From: an uncultured Anaerolineales bacterium
GTDB lineage: Bacteria; Chloroflexota; Anaerolineae; UBA7937; B3-Chlor
Length of the DNA stretch: 64,000 bases
Direction: 5' to 3'
Assembly (NCBI GenBank): GCA_964492135.1
Contig: CAZBJW010000003.1
Coordinates: 9,364-73,363, forward strand
Positions 27,164-34,494 of this stretch are shown here, in pieces. The translations under genes were made by a program, and so were the position numbers. A model generated the notes under the pieces. The model made no database searches and had not been told where the DNA came from. It saw only the letters and a list, made by a program, of their open reading frames with translations. Each line of letters starts with the position of its first letter. The stretch's first letter is position 1.

Positions 27164-27457
27164 TCAACCGCCGCTGTCCTTCGGTCTTGCGTCTAGCCTC
27201 CCAAAGCGTCGGGAGAGGGGGTTGTAGAGAGGCACGTATAGGGCAGCGATATAGAGGCCGTAGAGAAAACTCTCTACCAACCCGAGAAGAAAACCGCCGA
27301 TAGTTAGCCATTCAAAGCCAGGTAAAAGGGGCTCCCAAGCCTTATACATTCGCAAGCTCTCTGGAGCCGCTAACCCGAACGCTACACACAAGGTGTAACT
27401 GATGGCCAAGATCAAGCCCGAAGTTAGAGCCAGGAGGAGAAAGTCGATCCTTTTCAT
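27164..27457 (-). CDS. small membrane protein co-transcribed upstream of copA
   Basis: 97 aa with 2-3 TM helices (ISYTLCVAFGLAAPESL...). A truncated paralog lies at 35365-35502. Confidence 0.5.
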   Translation of the reverse strand: MKRIDFLLLALTSGLILAISYTLCVAFGLAAPESLRMYKAWEPLLPGFEWLTIGGFLLGLVESFLYGLYIAALYVPLYNPLSRRFGRLDARPKDSGG

Positions 27458-27632
27458 TGGCGTTCACCTCCCCTTGTATGATCTCTTGTATCAAATATAG
27501 TCTGCTTCATTTCGAAGTCGTAGGGCCGTTCAACCCTTCTGGGAGTAAGCAAAAAGGCCCATCGGGAGATAGGCCTTCACTGCGCCACCTGGCGTAGGTC
27601 ATGGTGGCTTGGCCGAACCGCGGTGCCCTTTC

Positions 27633-29366
27633 TCAGACAGGTAGGTAAGTCACTATCTTGGTCCCTTGGCCGGGCTCTGACCCGATGGAGAGCCACCCGC
27701 CCAAAAGCATGGCCCTCTCTTGCATCCCCATCAGCCCGAAGTGGCCGCGTTCCGTGAGTTCGCTGGGTGTCTCTGGGGCCTCAAAGCCCACTCCGTCATC
27801 CTCTATGAACACCGTGATCCCGTCTGAATCGAACTCCAATTTCACTTCCACTCGGGAGGCTTGGGCATGCTGTCCTATGTTCTTCATGGCCTCTTGGACG
27901 ATGCGGAAGATAGTCAGTTCGCCATCGGAGGAGAGGCGACGAGGCGTTCCGACCACCTTAAGTTCGGCGCCAACACTTTGACTAGTGGACAGATCGCCCA
28001 CCAACTTCTCTAGGGCGGGGATCAACCCCAGATCCTCCAGATATACCGGGCGCAGGTCGCTGATGTATCGACGCAGATCGCCGATAATCGAGCTGGTTAA
28101 CCCTCGTAGCTCTGTCAGCCGCTCGCGTAAATCCACTGCCGCGGCGGGCACATTTCTTTGCGCCCTTTCCAGCTCTTGTGAAAGAGCGATCAATGATTGC
28201 ACGGTGTCATCGTGTAACTCGTGACCAAGCCGCAGTCGCTCTTCCTCCTGTCCTCGGGTTACAGCCGCTACGTAGTTGCGCATGGCAGACTGATAAGTAC
28301 GGATTCGATCTGCCATCTGGTTCAGAGTGGCTCGTAACTCATCGATCTCCGCGATCCCTCCCACCGGGGAACGAGCGGCCGAAAAATCACCCCAGGCGAT
28401 CTTGTTGGCCCTGCGGCCCAGTTCTTCTAGGGGTTGAAGCACCCAGCGCACTCCCAGGTAGATAGCCAAGAACGCCACCAAGGCTGCTAGAAGCACGATT
28501 AGCGGTGTTATCTGCGAATAGTGCATCATGGGGGCGATCAGGTCACTCCACGGCTCTTGGAGGATGACTGCCCATCCGGTTTGGTCCACGGGGCCATAGG
28601 CCAATACCATATCTCGACCGGTCGTATCCTGATGCACGCCAGCGCCAGCCTCGGCCAGCTGGGTCCTATCGACACCTAGATCGATAAGGGCGTTGCTTCC
28701 CAACTGTGACGGGTCTGGATGATAGAGGATGTTTCCCTCACCATCGATCAAGTAGGCCACCCCCTCACCACCTACCGCCAAGCCAGCCAAAGCCTCTGTT
28801 GCACCGCAACCCTCTAGGGAGAAGAGGCCAACCAGTGCTTTCACTCCGCCTGCACCAGGAGCGATCAAGACCACCAGGGGGCCGTTCAACAGAGGGTCCT
28901 CGGAGGCGGTCAAAAAGATCGGCTCTTGACTGGCGGTGACCTGCTCCAGATATGGCTCCACGATCTGGATTCTAGTGGCCCAGACCGGGGTATCAGGCTC
29001 AGCGGCGATCAATTCACCACCTGGCCCCAAAAGGGCAACGCCTCCATCGAAGATACTGAGTCGCGGCGATAGTTCCCCCAGTAGTTGGTCATAATCGATG
29101 GGCTCGCCGTGACGAAGGGCCTCGTGATCGCGGATGTTCTCCAAAACGGCCTGGCAGTGAGCCAGACTCTCTGCAACCCCCTTGACGGCCAGCGTGGCCA
29201 GGGCCAGGTCCCTCTCCTCCACCAAGGCTCTCATCGCTCGTTGGTGGCTGTATATGCCGGTGAATGAGAGCACCAGTAGCAGGATTGTCACGGGCAGGAC
29301 GACCCAGAGCAGGATTTGGCTGCGCAAGCCGCGCCACGATCGAGGGGGGCTACTCTCCTTAGCCAT
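27633..29366 (-). CDS. sensor histidine kinase (NarL-partner type; extracytoplasmic sensor domain, HAMP, HisKA_3, HATPase)
   Basis: 577 aa with two TM helices flanking a ~250-aa extracytoplasmic domain, an H-box HELHDDTVQSL and a C-terminal ATPase domain. Confidence 0.9.
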   Translation of the reverse strand: MAKESSPPRSWRGLRSQILLWVVLPVTILLLVLSFTGIYSHQRAMRALVEERDLALATLAVKGVAESLAHCQAVLENIRDHEALRHGEPIDYDQLLGELSPRLSIFDGGVALLGPGGELIAAEPDTPVWATRIQIVEPYLEQVTASQEPIFLTASEDPLLNGPLVVLIAPGAGGVKALVGLFSLEGCGATEALAGLAVGGEGVAYLIDGEGNILYHPDPSQLGSNALIDLGVDRTQLAEAGAGVHQDTTGRDMVLAYGPVDQTGWAVILQEPWSDLIAPMMHYSQITPLIVLLAALVAFLAIYLGVRWVLQPLEELGRRANKIAWGDFSAARSPVGGIAEIDELRATLNQMADRIRTYQSAMRNYVAAVTRGQEEERLRLGHELHDDTVQSLIALSQELERAQRNVPAAAVDLRERLTELRGLTSSIIGDLRRYISDLRPVYLEDLGLIPALEKLVGDLSTSQSVGAELKVVGTPRRLSSDGELTIFRIVQEAMKNIGQHAQASRVEVKLEFDSDGITVFIEDDGVGFEAPETPSELTERGHFGLMGMQERAMLLGGWLSIGSEPGQGTKIVTYLPV

Positions 29367-29378
29367 CTTCGTCCCCCA

Positions 29379-30047
29379 TCATTCCACCGTGTCATCCAAG
29401 GCGATCCAACCTTGTTGCATCGCCTTCAATACCGCCTCGGTACGACTGTTAACGTGGAGCTTGGAGTAGACCTTGGCCAAGTGGCCTTGGACGGTGCGAT
29501 CGCTGATCCCTAACTCCAGCCCGATGGCCCTATTTGTGAGCCCCTTGCCTGCCAGCCGAAGAACCTCCAACTCACGATCCGTAGGCCTCTCGACTACTTC
29601 ATCTCCCTTCAGTTCCACGCGACCTGAAACCACTCGCTCCAGCAACCTCTTGGCCACTCTTGGGTCGAGGGCCGGCTCCCCCGCTGCTATTCGGCGGACG
29701 GCCTTGACCAGTTGCGCGGAGTCGGCCGTCTTGAGGATATAGCCATCGGCCCCCGCTTGAAGGAGAGCAAAGATGTAGGGATCGTCATCGTAGGCGGTCA
29801 GAACCAATATCTTCACCTCAGGATGCTCCGTCTTGATGCGGCGAGCCAGATCGACGCCAGAGAGCTTGGGCATCCTGATATCTATTACCGCTATGTCGGG
29901 CTGATGCTCGGCCACCAGTTCCAAAGCCCTCTGACCATCGCCTGCCTCAGCCACAACGGTGATGTCGCCGCTCTCCTCCAGGAAACGGCTGATCCCCTGC
30001 CGAACTAGGGCGTGGTCATCGGCCAAAACTACCCTTATCTTTTTCAT
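29379..30047 (-). CDS. NarL/LuxR-family response regulator
   Basis: The receiver domain (KKIRVVLADDHALVRQG...DIAVIDIRMPKLSG) is joined to a LuxR HTH (LEVLRLAGKGLTNRAIGLELGISDRTVQGH). The start is set at the Met with AAGGGA about 10 nt upstream. Confidence 0.9.
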   Translation of the reverse strand: MKKIRVVLADDHALVRQGISRFLEESGDITVVAEAGDGQRALELVAEHQPDIAVIDIRMPKLSGVDLARRIKTEHPEVKILVLTAYDDDPYIFALLQAGADGYILKTADSAQLVKAVRRIAAGEPALDPRVAKRLLERVVSGRVELKGDEVVERPTDRELEVLRLAGKGLTNRAIGLELGISDRTVQGHLAKVYSKLHVNSRTEAVLKAMQQGWIALDDTVE

Positions 30048-30206
30048 GGTCATCCATCCCTTGCGATCTGAAAGACAACCCCCCAAATGATAGCAGCAAG
30101 CGAGAGGCTTGTCCACAGTCATAAGGGGTTAACCAGAAGAAGCGGTCAGGCTATCCGACCCGCAAGACAAGACCGCTCCTGGATAGCGGTCCTTGGTGTT
30201 CACCGC

Positions 30207-30371
30207 CCGGTGGAGTTGAGAGTCACTCCGGGCGCTGTCCTACCATCCTCTGGCCCTGCTCCAACCTCAGAACCTCACTAGATAGGGATAGATGCGCCAT
30301 GCTCTCCCCAGCCCCAACAGACCCCCCGTCAAGGCGCGTAGTAACCAATTGAGAGAACCGATCGTGGTGCC
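30207..30371 (-). pseudogene. degenerate copy of the 3' end of the DUF2085-like gene (full copy at 37600-38367)
   Basis: CCGGTGGAGTTGAGAGTCAC...CCCCAACAGACCCCCCGTCAAGGCGCGTAGTAACCAATTGAGAGAACCG aligns by eye with 37584-37731. Confidence 0.7.
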
Positions 30372-30378
30372 GAGATCG

Positions 30379-30524
30379 GCCATGCGTCAGTTGCAGATGA
30401 GCACTCGGGGCTTTCATCGTATGTTGAAGCTAGCCCGCACCATAGCACACTTGGTTTGAGAAGGGGAGATGACCACCGGTCATCTGGCGAGGCTATTCAA
30501 TATCGGCCGAGGAGGCAGATGTGA
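30379..30524 (+). pseudogene. degenerate copy of the 3' end of comM (full copy ends at 42240)
   Basis: It translates as [48 protein letters not shown] and aligns with [49 protein letters not shown] at 42091-42240. It is nearly identical over GAGGCTATTCAATATCGGCC. Confidence 0.75.
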
Positions 30525-30569
30525 GCAGGGATTTCCAGAATTGACCAGGGATGCTGGCACAGACTATGT

Positions 30570-30842
30570 CTAGAGTTTGCCTGAGGTTTCGAGCAAATCC
30601 AATAGTTCAGCGATGTTCCGTTCCCGTTGGGAAGGGTCATCACCGGGGATAGCGGTGGTGACTCATGTTTCCAGACGGTTCTCTACGATTAGAACGTTGA
30701 CCTTATCGATGTTCCGTTGCACAGCCAGGGGTTGCCTAAGGGTATCGATGCAGTATTCATCCTTGTCCATGATGCGCTGTACTCCCCGCACGTGACCCTC
30801 GATGCTGTTTAGTCTGTTAGGTATTCTGTTCTACTGTTGCAT
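30570..30842 (-). pseudogene. CsoR/CstR-family repressor-like frame with in-frame TAG (codon 4) and TGA (codon 60)
   Basis: Hand translation gives MQQ[TAG]NRIPNRLNSIEGHVRGVQRIMDKDEYCIDTLRQPLAVQRNIDKVNVLIVENRLET[TGA at 30665-30663]VTTAIPGDDPSQRERNIAELLDLLETSGKL*. The TAG is also the stop of the upstream TlpA-like ORF, in the same frame. Confidence 0.6.
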
Positions 30843-31529
30843 TTTCTCTATCACGTCAAGTTTGGAACGTCCTATCCCTATTATTGCACGAGTGACTATC
30901 TCTTCATCAAACCCGTCGCTTTTAGAGAGCATCTCTTTAAGGCTTCCCCCTGAACCCTGTAGGCCGTTGGTTTCCAGAAGACTCTCGAGCACCTCCACAA
31001 GCGTAACCTCGTCGAAGGGGCCGATATGGAGATGGGCGATATCGCCTTCTTTATCGACGATGAAGGTCTCAGGGACGCCTTGGATGCGATAGGCCTGGGC
31101 GATCTTGCTGCCCAGATCTGGCCCATTGGGATAGGTGATGTCATATTCTTCCATGTGGACTCGTGCCCCTGGCTCCGTGTCGATGTAATTGACGCCTACA
31201 AAGGTCACACCTCTGTCCCTATAGGCCCGCCAGGTCCGCTCTAGAGTTGATGCCTCCTCACGGCAGGAGAGACACCAAGAGGCCCAGAAATTGATCACCA
31301 CTACCTGACCGCTCAGATCTTCCAGGGACAACTCTCCTCCGTCGAAGAGCCCAAGAGAAAAAAGTGGGGCTGGACCCTCATCAAGAGGTCCCGCACCGAG
31401 ACCCCTCAGGGCGCTGGCAAAGAGCAGCAAAAGAGCCACCACGCCCATAAGGAGGGCCCCTTTCACCGCGGTCATGGTTCGAGGCGGGGATGTGAACTCC
31501 TCCGCCTCCCCGGCGATTTTCTCTCTCAT
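30831..31529 (-). CDS. membrane-anchored TlpA/ResA-like thioredoxin (thiol:disulfide oxidoreductase)
   Basis: 232 aa with an N-terminal TM helix and a redox motif FWASWCLSCREE (WCxxC). Confidence 0.85.
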   Translation of the reverse strand: MREKIAGEAEEFTSPPRTMTAVKGALLMGVVALLLLFASALRGLGAGPLDEGPAPLFSLGLFDGGELSLEDLSGQVVVINFWASWCLSCREEASTLERTWRAYRDRGVTFVGVNYIDTEPGARVHMEEYDITYPNGPDLGSKIAQAYRIQGVPETFIVDKEGDIAHLHIGPFDEVTLVEVLESLLETNGLQGSGGSLKEMLSKSDGFDEEIVTRAIIGIGRSKLDVIEKMQQ

Positions 31530-31552
31530 AGCATCCCCAATTAGGCTTAACC

Positions 31553-32149
31553 CTAACGTTCCAGCACTATACCATGCAACCAGATCTCCACCACTGTCTC
31601 GTCGGGGTCGTTGGATTCGACAATGACCCCCCGCTCCACCTCGCCAACCACCTCGTGGAAATCCGGGTCGAAGTAGATGGTCAGGGTGGCCTGGCCACCG
31701 GGCGGGATGGTGCCCGCTGAGAGGTCTGCGGTGGTGCAGCCGCAGGTGGTATAGAAACTGGTGACCGCCAGATCACCCCGTCCCAGGTTTCGGACGGTGA
31801 AACTCCGAATCACCTCTTCGCTGGGGTGAACGCTACCGAAGTCATAATAGGTGGTAGATACCTCTATATCCGGTGGTGGCCCTTGGGCAAGAGAGCCGGT
31901 GAGTGGGGCACGATATGGATCGATCTCGTGAATGGCGTGGATGGGGCCGGCGGTGGGAAGTTGACTGCCACTCGACCCAGAAGAGGTCGAGGGCCCTCCT
32001 TGGCCGGCGAGATATAGTAGTCCCCCCAGGCCGCTGATGATCAAGAGGATGGCTATGGCCCAAGACCAATACCTTTGTGATGCTCCTCTGCTCTGACGAG
32101 AGGCCCTTCGCCTCCTGGCGCGTTCAGAACTTCGTTCTCTCTTACCCAT
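31553..32149 (-). CDS. membrane-anchored DUF1573-family protein
   Basis: 198 aa with YDFGSV...VRNLGRGDLAVTSFYTTCGCTTADL...IVESNDPDE, matching the DUF1573 pattern (N.G...L.I....CGCT, SNDP). Confidence 0.75.
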   Translation of the reverse strand: MGKRERSSERARRRRASRQSRGASQRYWSWAIAILLIISGLGGLLYLAGQGGPSTSSGSSGSQLPTAGPIHAIHEIDPYRAPLTGSLAQGPPPDIEVSTTYYDFGSVHPSEEVIRSFTVRNLGRGDLAVTSFYTTCGCTTADLSAGTIPPGGQATLTIYFDPDFHEVVGEVERGVIVESNDPDETVVEIWLHGIVLER

Positions 32150-32209
32150 CTAACCTCCCTTTACCTCCGAATGATGTACTCGTTCACTTTCTATATCTCG
32201 CCTTTAAGA

Positions 32210-32398
32210 TCAGGCTCGGCTTCTGAGGATCAAGCGGGGCACCCGCCGACGATACTCGTCATATTCCTGGCCAAAACTCTCTTGTAACTCTTTCTCCTCT
32301 GGAAGGAGGAAGGGATAGAGTTGGAGGGCATAGATGACCAAGAGGGTCAGGCGGCTGACGAAGCCGCTGGCCAGGAAGATGCCACCGATGATGGGCAT
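32210..32398 (-). pseudogene. C-terminal fragment of an isoprenylcysteine carboxyl / phospholipid methyltransferase-family protein
   Basis: The 62-aa ORF ...LLPEEKELQESFGQEYDEYRRRVPRLI matches the C-terminal EE..L...FG..Y..Y pattern. The family is normally 150 aa or longer, and the fragment abuts the duplicated YHS cassette. Confidence 0.5.
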
Positions 32399-32443
32399 CT
32401 CAGAGAAGAATATGACCCTCTCTAATTACCGCCCATCGAAGGC

Positions 32444-32473
32444 GGCTGGTGAGGGGAATTCCCCTCACTAGCC
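32444..32473 (-). terminator. second copy of the GC-rich hairpin (one G-U pair)
   Basis: GGCTGGTGAGGGG-aatt-CCCCTCACTAGCC read directly. Confidence 0.4.
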
Positions 32474-32483
32474 AGGGAAGAGC

Positions 32484-32672
32484 CTAGTGGCCCCCGTGTC
32501 CCATGCCTTCATGCCCCATCTCTCCCTCCATCCCCACATACTTCTTTAGATCTTTATCGAAGGCTATCTTGCAGCCCTGGGAACAGAAGTAGTATGTCTT
32601 CCCCATGTATTCTGACTTGGCGGCCGCCTTCTCCTCATTGACGGTCATCCCACAGACTGGGTCCTTAGCCAT
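32484..32672 (-). CDS. YHS/TRASH-domain protein with His/Met/Gly-rich tail (paralog of 21114-21302)
   Basis: MAKDPVCGMTVNEEKAAAKSEYMGKTYYFCSQGCKIAFDKDLKKYVGMEGEMGHEGMGHGGH. Confidence 0.85.
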   Translation of the reverse strand: MAKDPVCGMTVNEEKAAAKSEYMGKTYYFCSQGCKIAFDKDLKKYVGMEGEMGHEGMGHGGH

Positions 32673-32701
32673 GGTTTGTCACCTCCTTTCTTCAGACAGG
32701 T

Positions 32702-32893
32702 TCAGCGGCTCTCTTCACTCTCCGCTGTATCACCGCCTTTCTCCTTCAGGGGAGCGATGTACCTCTTGGGATCAGCGAGGAATAGCTCCTTGCAGGTAGG
32801 TCGGCAGAAGTGGTAGACCTTGCCCTTGTATGCGGTGCGGAAAGTGAAGCCTCTCTCGTCGATTTCCATACCACAGACAGGATCCTTAGCCAT
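32702..32893 (-). CDS. YHS/TRASH-domain mini-protein (paralog of 21342-21524)
   Basis: [45 protein letters not shown]... The track ORF extends further upstream, but the conserved start is at 32893. Confidence 0.85.
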   Translation of the reverse strand: MAKDPVCGMEIDERGFTFRTAYKGKVYHFCRPTCKELFLADPKRYIAPLKEKGGDTAESEESR

Positions 32894-32997
32894 CTTTATC
32901 CCTTTCCCCAACGCTTGGCAACAAGAGTACTCGTCGGTCAGATCAACCGGCCTAGCCCGAGGGCGCGCAGGTCTTCGGCGTTTGGTCTGTTCTGGGG

Positions 32998-33198
32998 CTA
33001 GCAAGGGGCGGGTTCGCCATCCACCACCACGGTGGGAACCGAGTTTATGCCATACTGCTTCGCTTTATCCATCCCCTCTTTGTTGAGGTCGTAGACGATC
33101 ACCTCGCAGTCCGGACAGACCAGGCTCTCGACCAACTGGAGGACCTCCTCACAGAGGGGGCAAACCGCCACGAAGAGCTCTACCTTCCTCCTTAGCAC
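32998..33198 (-). CDS. small thioredoxin-fold (glutaredoxin-like) protein
   Basis: 66 aa, VELFVAVCPLCEEV...GINSVPTVVVDGE, with a CxxC motif and a cis-Pro region. Confidence 0.7.
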   Translation of the reverse strand: MLRRKVELFVAVCPLCEEVLQLVESLVCPDCEVIVYDLNKEGMDKAKQYGINSVPTVVVDGEPAPC

Positions 33199-33252
33199 TT
33201 TGCACCTCTTTTTTTTAAGTCACGCTTGATTCGCCGTCAGAAAGATGTGGGC

Positions 33253-33754
33253 CTAGGCCACCTTCTCGGTCACATAGACCTTATCGTCCTCTACAGCCAC
33301 ATCATAGGGTGCGATGGGAGCCGGCGGAGGGTCGGATATGACGGTGCCGGTGAGTTCACTTCCCTGGGGATCTTGGAGGGAGAAGCGTCCGTCGTGGCAG
33401 GGGCAATGGGTATAGGGCTCATCTGGGCTCTTGTGGACTATGCAGGCCAAATGGGTGCATACCACCGAGAAGGCCCGAACCCCCCGGTTCAGTGTTCACC
33501 GTTATCACCGGTTGGTGGCCTAGAGCCACCACTTTGCCTGTGCCCAGGGGGATTTCATCTATGGTTCCCACCAGCACGCGTCCGCCCGTGGCTGTTGCCG
33601 CGCTCTTGGAGGGCCAGAGATAGCCGATGAGGGGGGTCAATACCCCAACCAGGGTGGAGAGGAAGGAGAACCCAAGCGCATATCTGAGGAATCTGCGTCG
33701 GCCTACGCCTTTGACTTCCCGCCCGTTCCTCTCAAACTTCTCTGCCATAGTCAC
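33253..33754 (-). pseudogene. Tat-exported Rieske [2Fe-2S] protein split by a frameshift in a 6-nt homopolymer
   Basis: The N-terminal part has a twin-arginine signal (GVGRRRFLRYALG). The C-terminal part has CTHLACIV...CPCHDGRF. The frames join as ...VNTEPG|VRAFSVVCTHLAC if one G is removed from the run at 33480-33485. Confidence 0.75.
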
Positions 33755-33789
33755 CTCCTATGAGAGTTCACCTTTGCGCTCCATAGCCC

Positions 33790-34140
33790 TCATCTTTCTG
33801 CCGCAGGGTGGCAGCGGTGACCCTCAGCGGTCGTCTTCTGAGGCTCTCTCCTTGGCTCTGATACCTGAAGGCGTCTTTCGCCCAGGAGGCTCAAAATCTC
33901 GTCCAGCGCTTTCCTTTGAGCCGCCAGATCCCCGTTGACCAGGTGGGCACCCGTCGTCGTAGAGAGATGTTCCCGCAAGAGAAGGAGATTAAGCCTTCCT
34001 AGGCTGCCTCGAATGGCGGTGGTCTGTCTGATGATCTCAAGCCAGTGAGCCTCGGCTTCGATCATGCGCTGCACGCCACGGATGTGTCCCTCGATGACCC
34101 CCAACGCCCTAAGGACCCGTCTCTTCTTCTTGTCTTCCAT
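33790..34140 (-). CDS. CsoR/RcnR-family (DUF156) repressor-like protein lacking both canonical Cys ligands
   Basis: ALGVIEGHIRGVQRMIEAEAHWLEIIRQTTAIRGSLGRLNLLLLREHLSTT. Trp occupies the helix-2 Cys position, His is retained and Thr occupies the C-terminal Cys position. Confidence 0.7.
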   Translation of the reverse strand: MEDKKKRRVLRALGVIEGHIRGVQRMIEAEAHWLEIIRQTTAIRGSLGRLNLLLLREHLSTTTGAHLVNGDLAAQRKALDEILSLLGERRLQVSEPRREPQKTTAEGHRCHPAAER

Positions 34141-34199
34141 GGTTCGCCCTGAAGGTGATCAACCAACATGGCCATCCTTACCCTTCTCCTTCATCCCGC

Positions 34200-34433
34200 C
34201 TATGCCTCGTGTGGAGGAGATCTCCACCGGGTGTTTTGGCCTTGATGTCCTCCTCGCATCATGAACAGATGGCCCAGAGGGCAAAGGAGGACTATGACCA
34301 AGAGGAGCGTGCTATTTAGTGGGACGCCTAGCACCCAGATGGCCGCCACAGCGGCTATGGGAACGAGGCAACAGAGGAGCATGATCACTGCATGTCTCTT
34401 GTCTATCTCTTTGTGTCCCGGGTCAATTTGCAT
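34200..34433 (-). CDS. DUF2933-like small membrane protein
   Basis: 77 aa with two TM helices and the LLCPLGHLFMMRGGH motif typical of this metal-island family. Confidence 0.6.
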   Translation of the reverse strand: MQIDPGHKEIDKRHAVIMLLCCLVPIAAVAAIWVLGVPLNSTLLLVIVLLCPLGHLFMMRGGHQGQNTRWRSPPHEA

Positions 34434-34494
34434 TTCACTCCTCCTCTCTCTTTACTACACCGGAGCCGTACCTGTTAACTGATGAGCGTCTGGT

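Larger units (their letters stand above)
32434..32897 (-). repeat. copy 2 of the two-gene YHS cassette
   Basis: See 21062-21528; it is in the same orientation. Confidence 0.85.
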
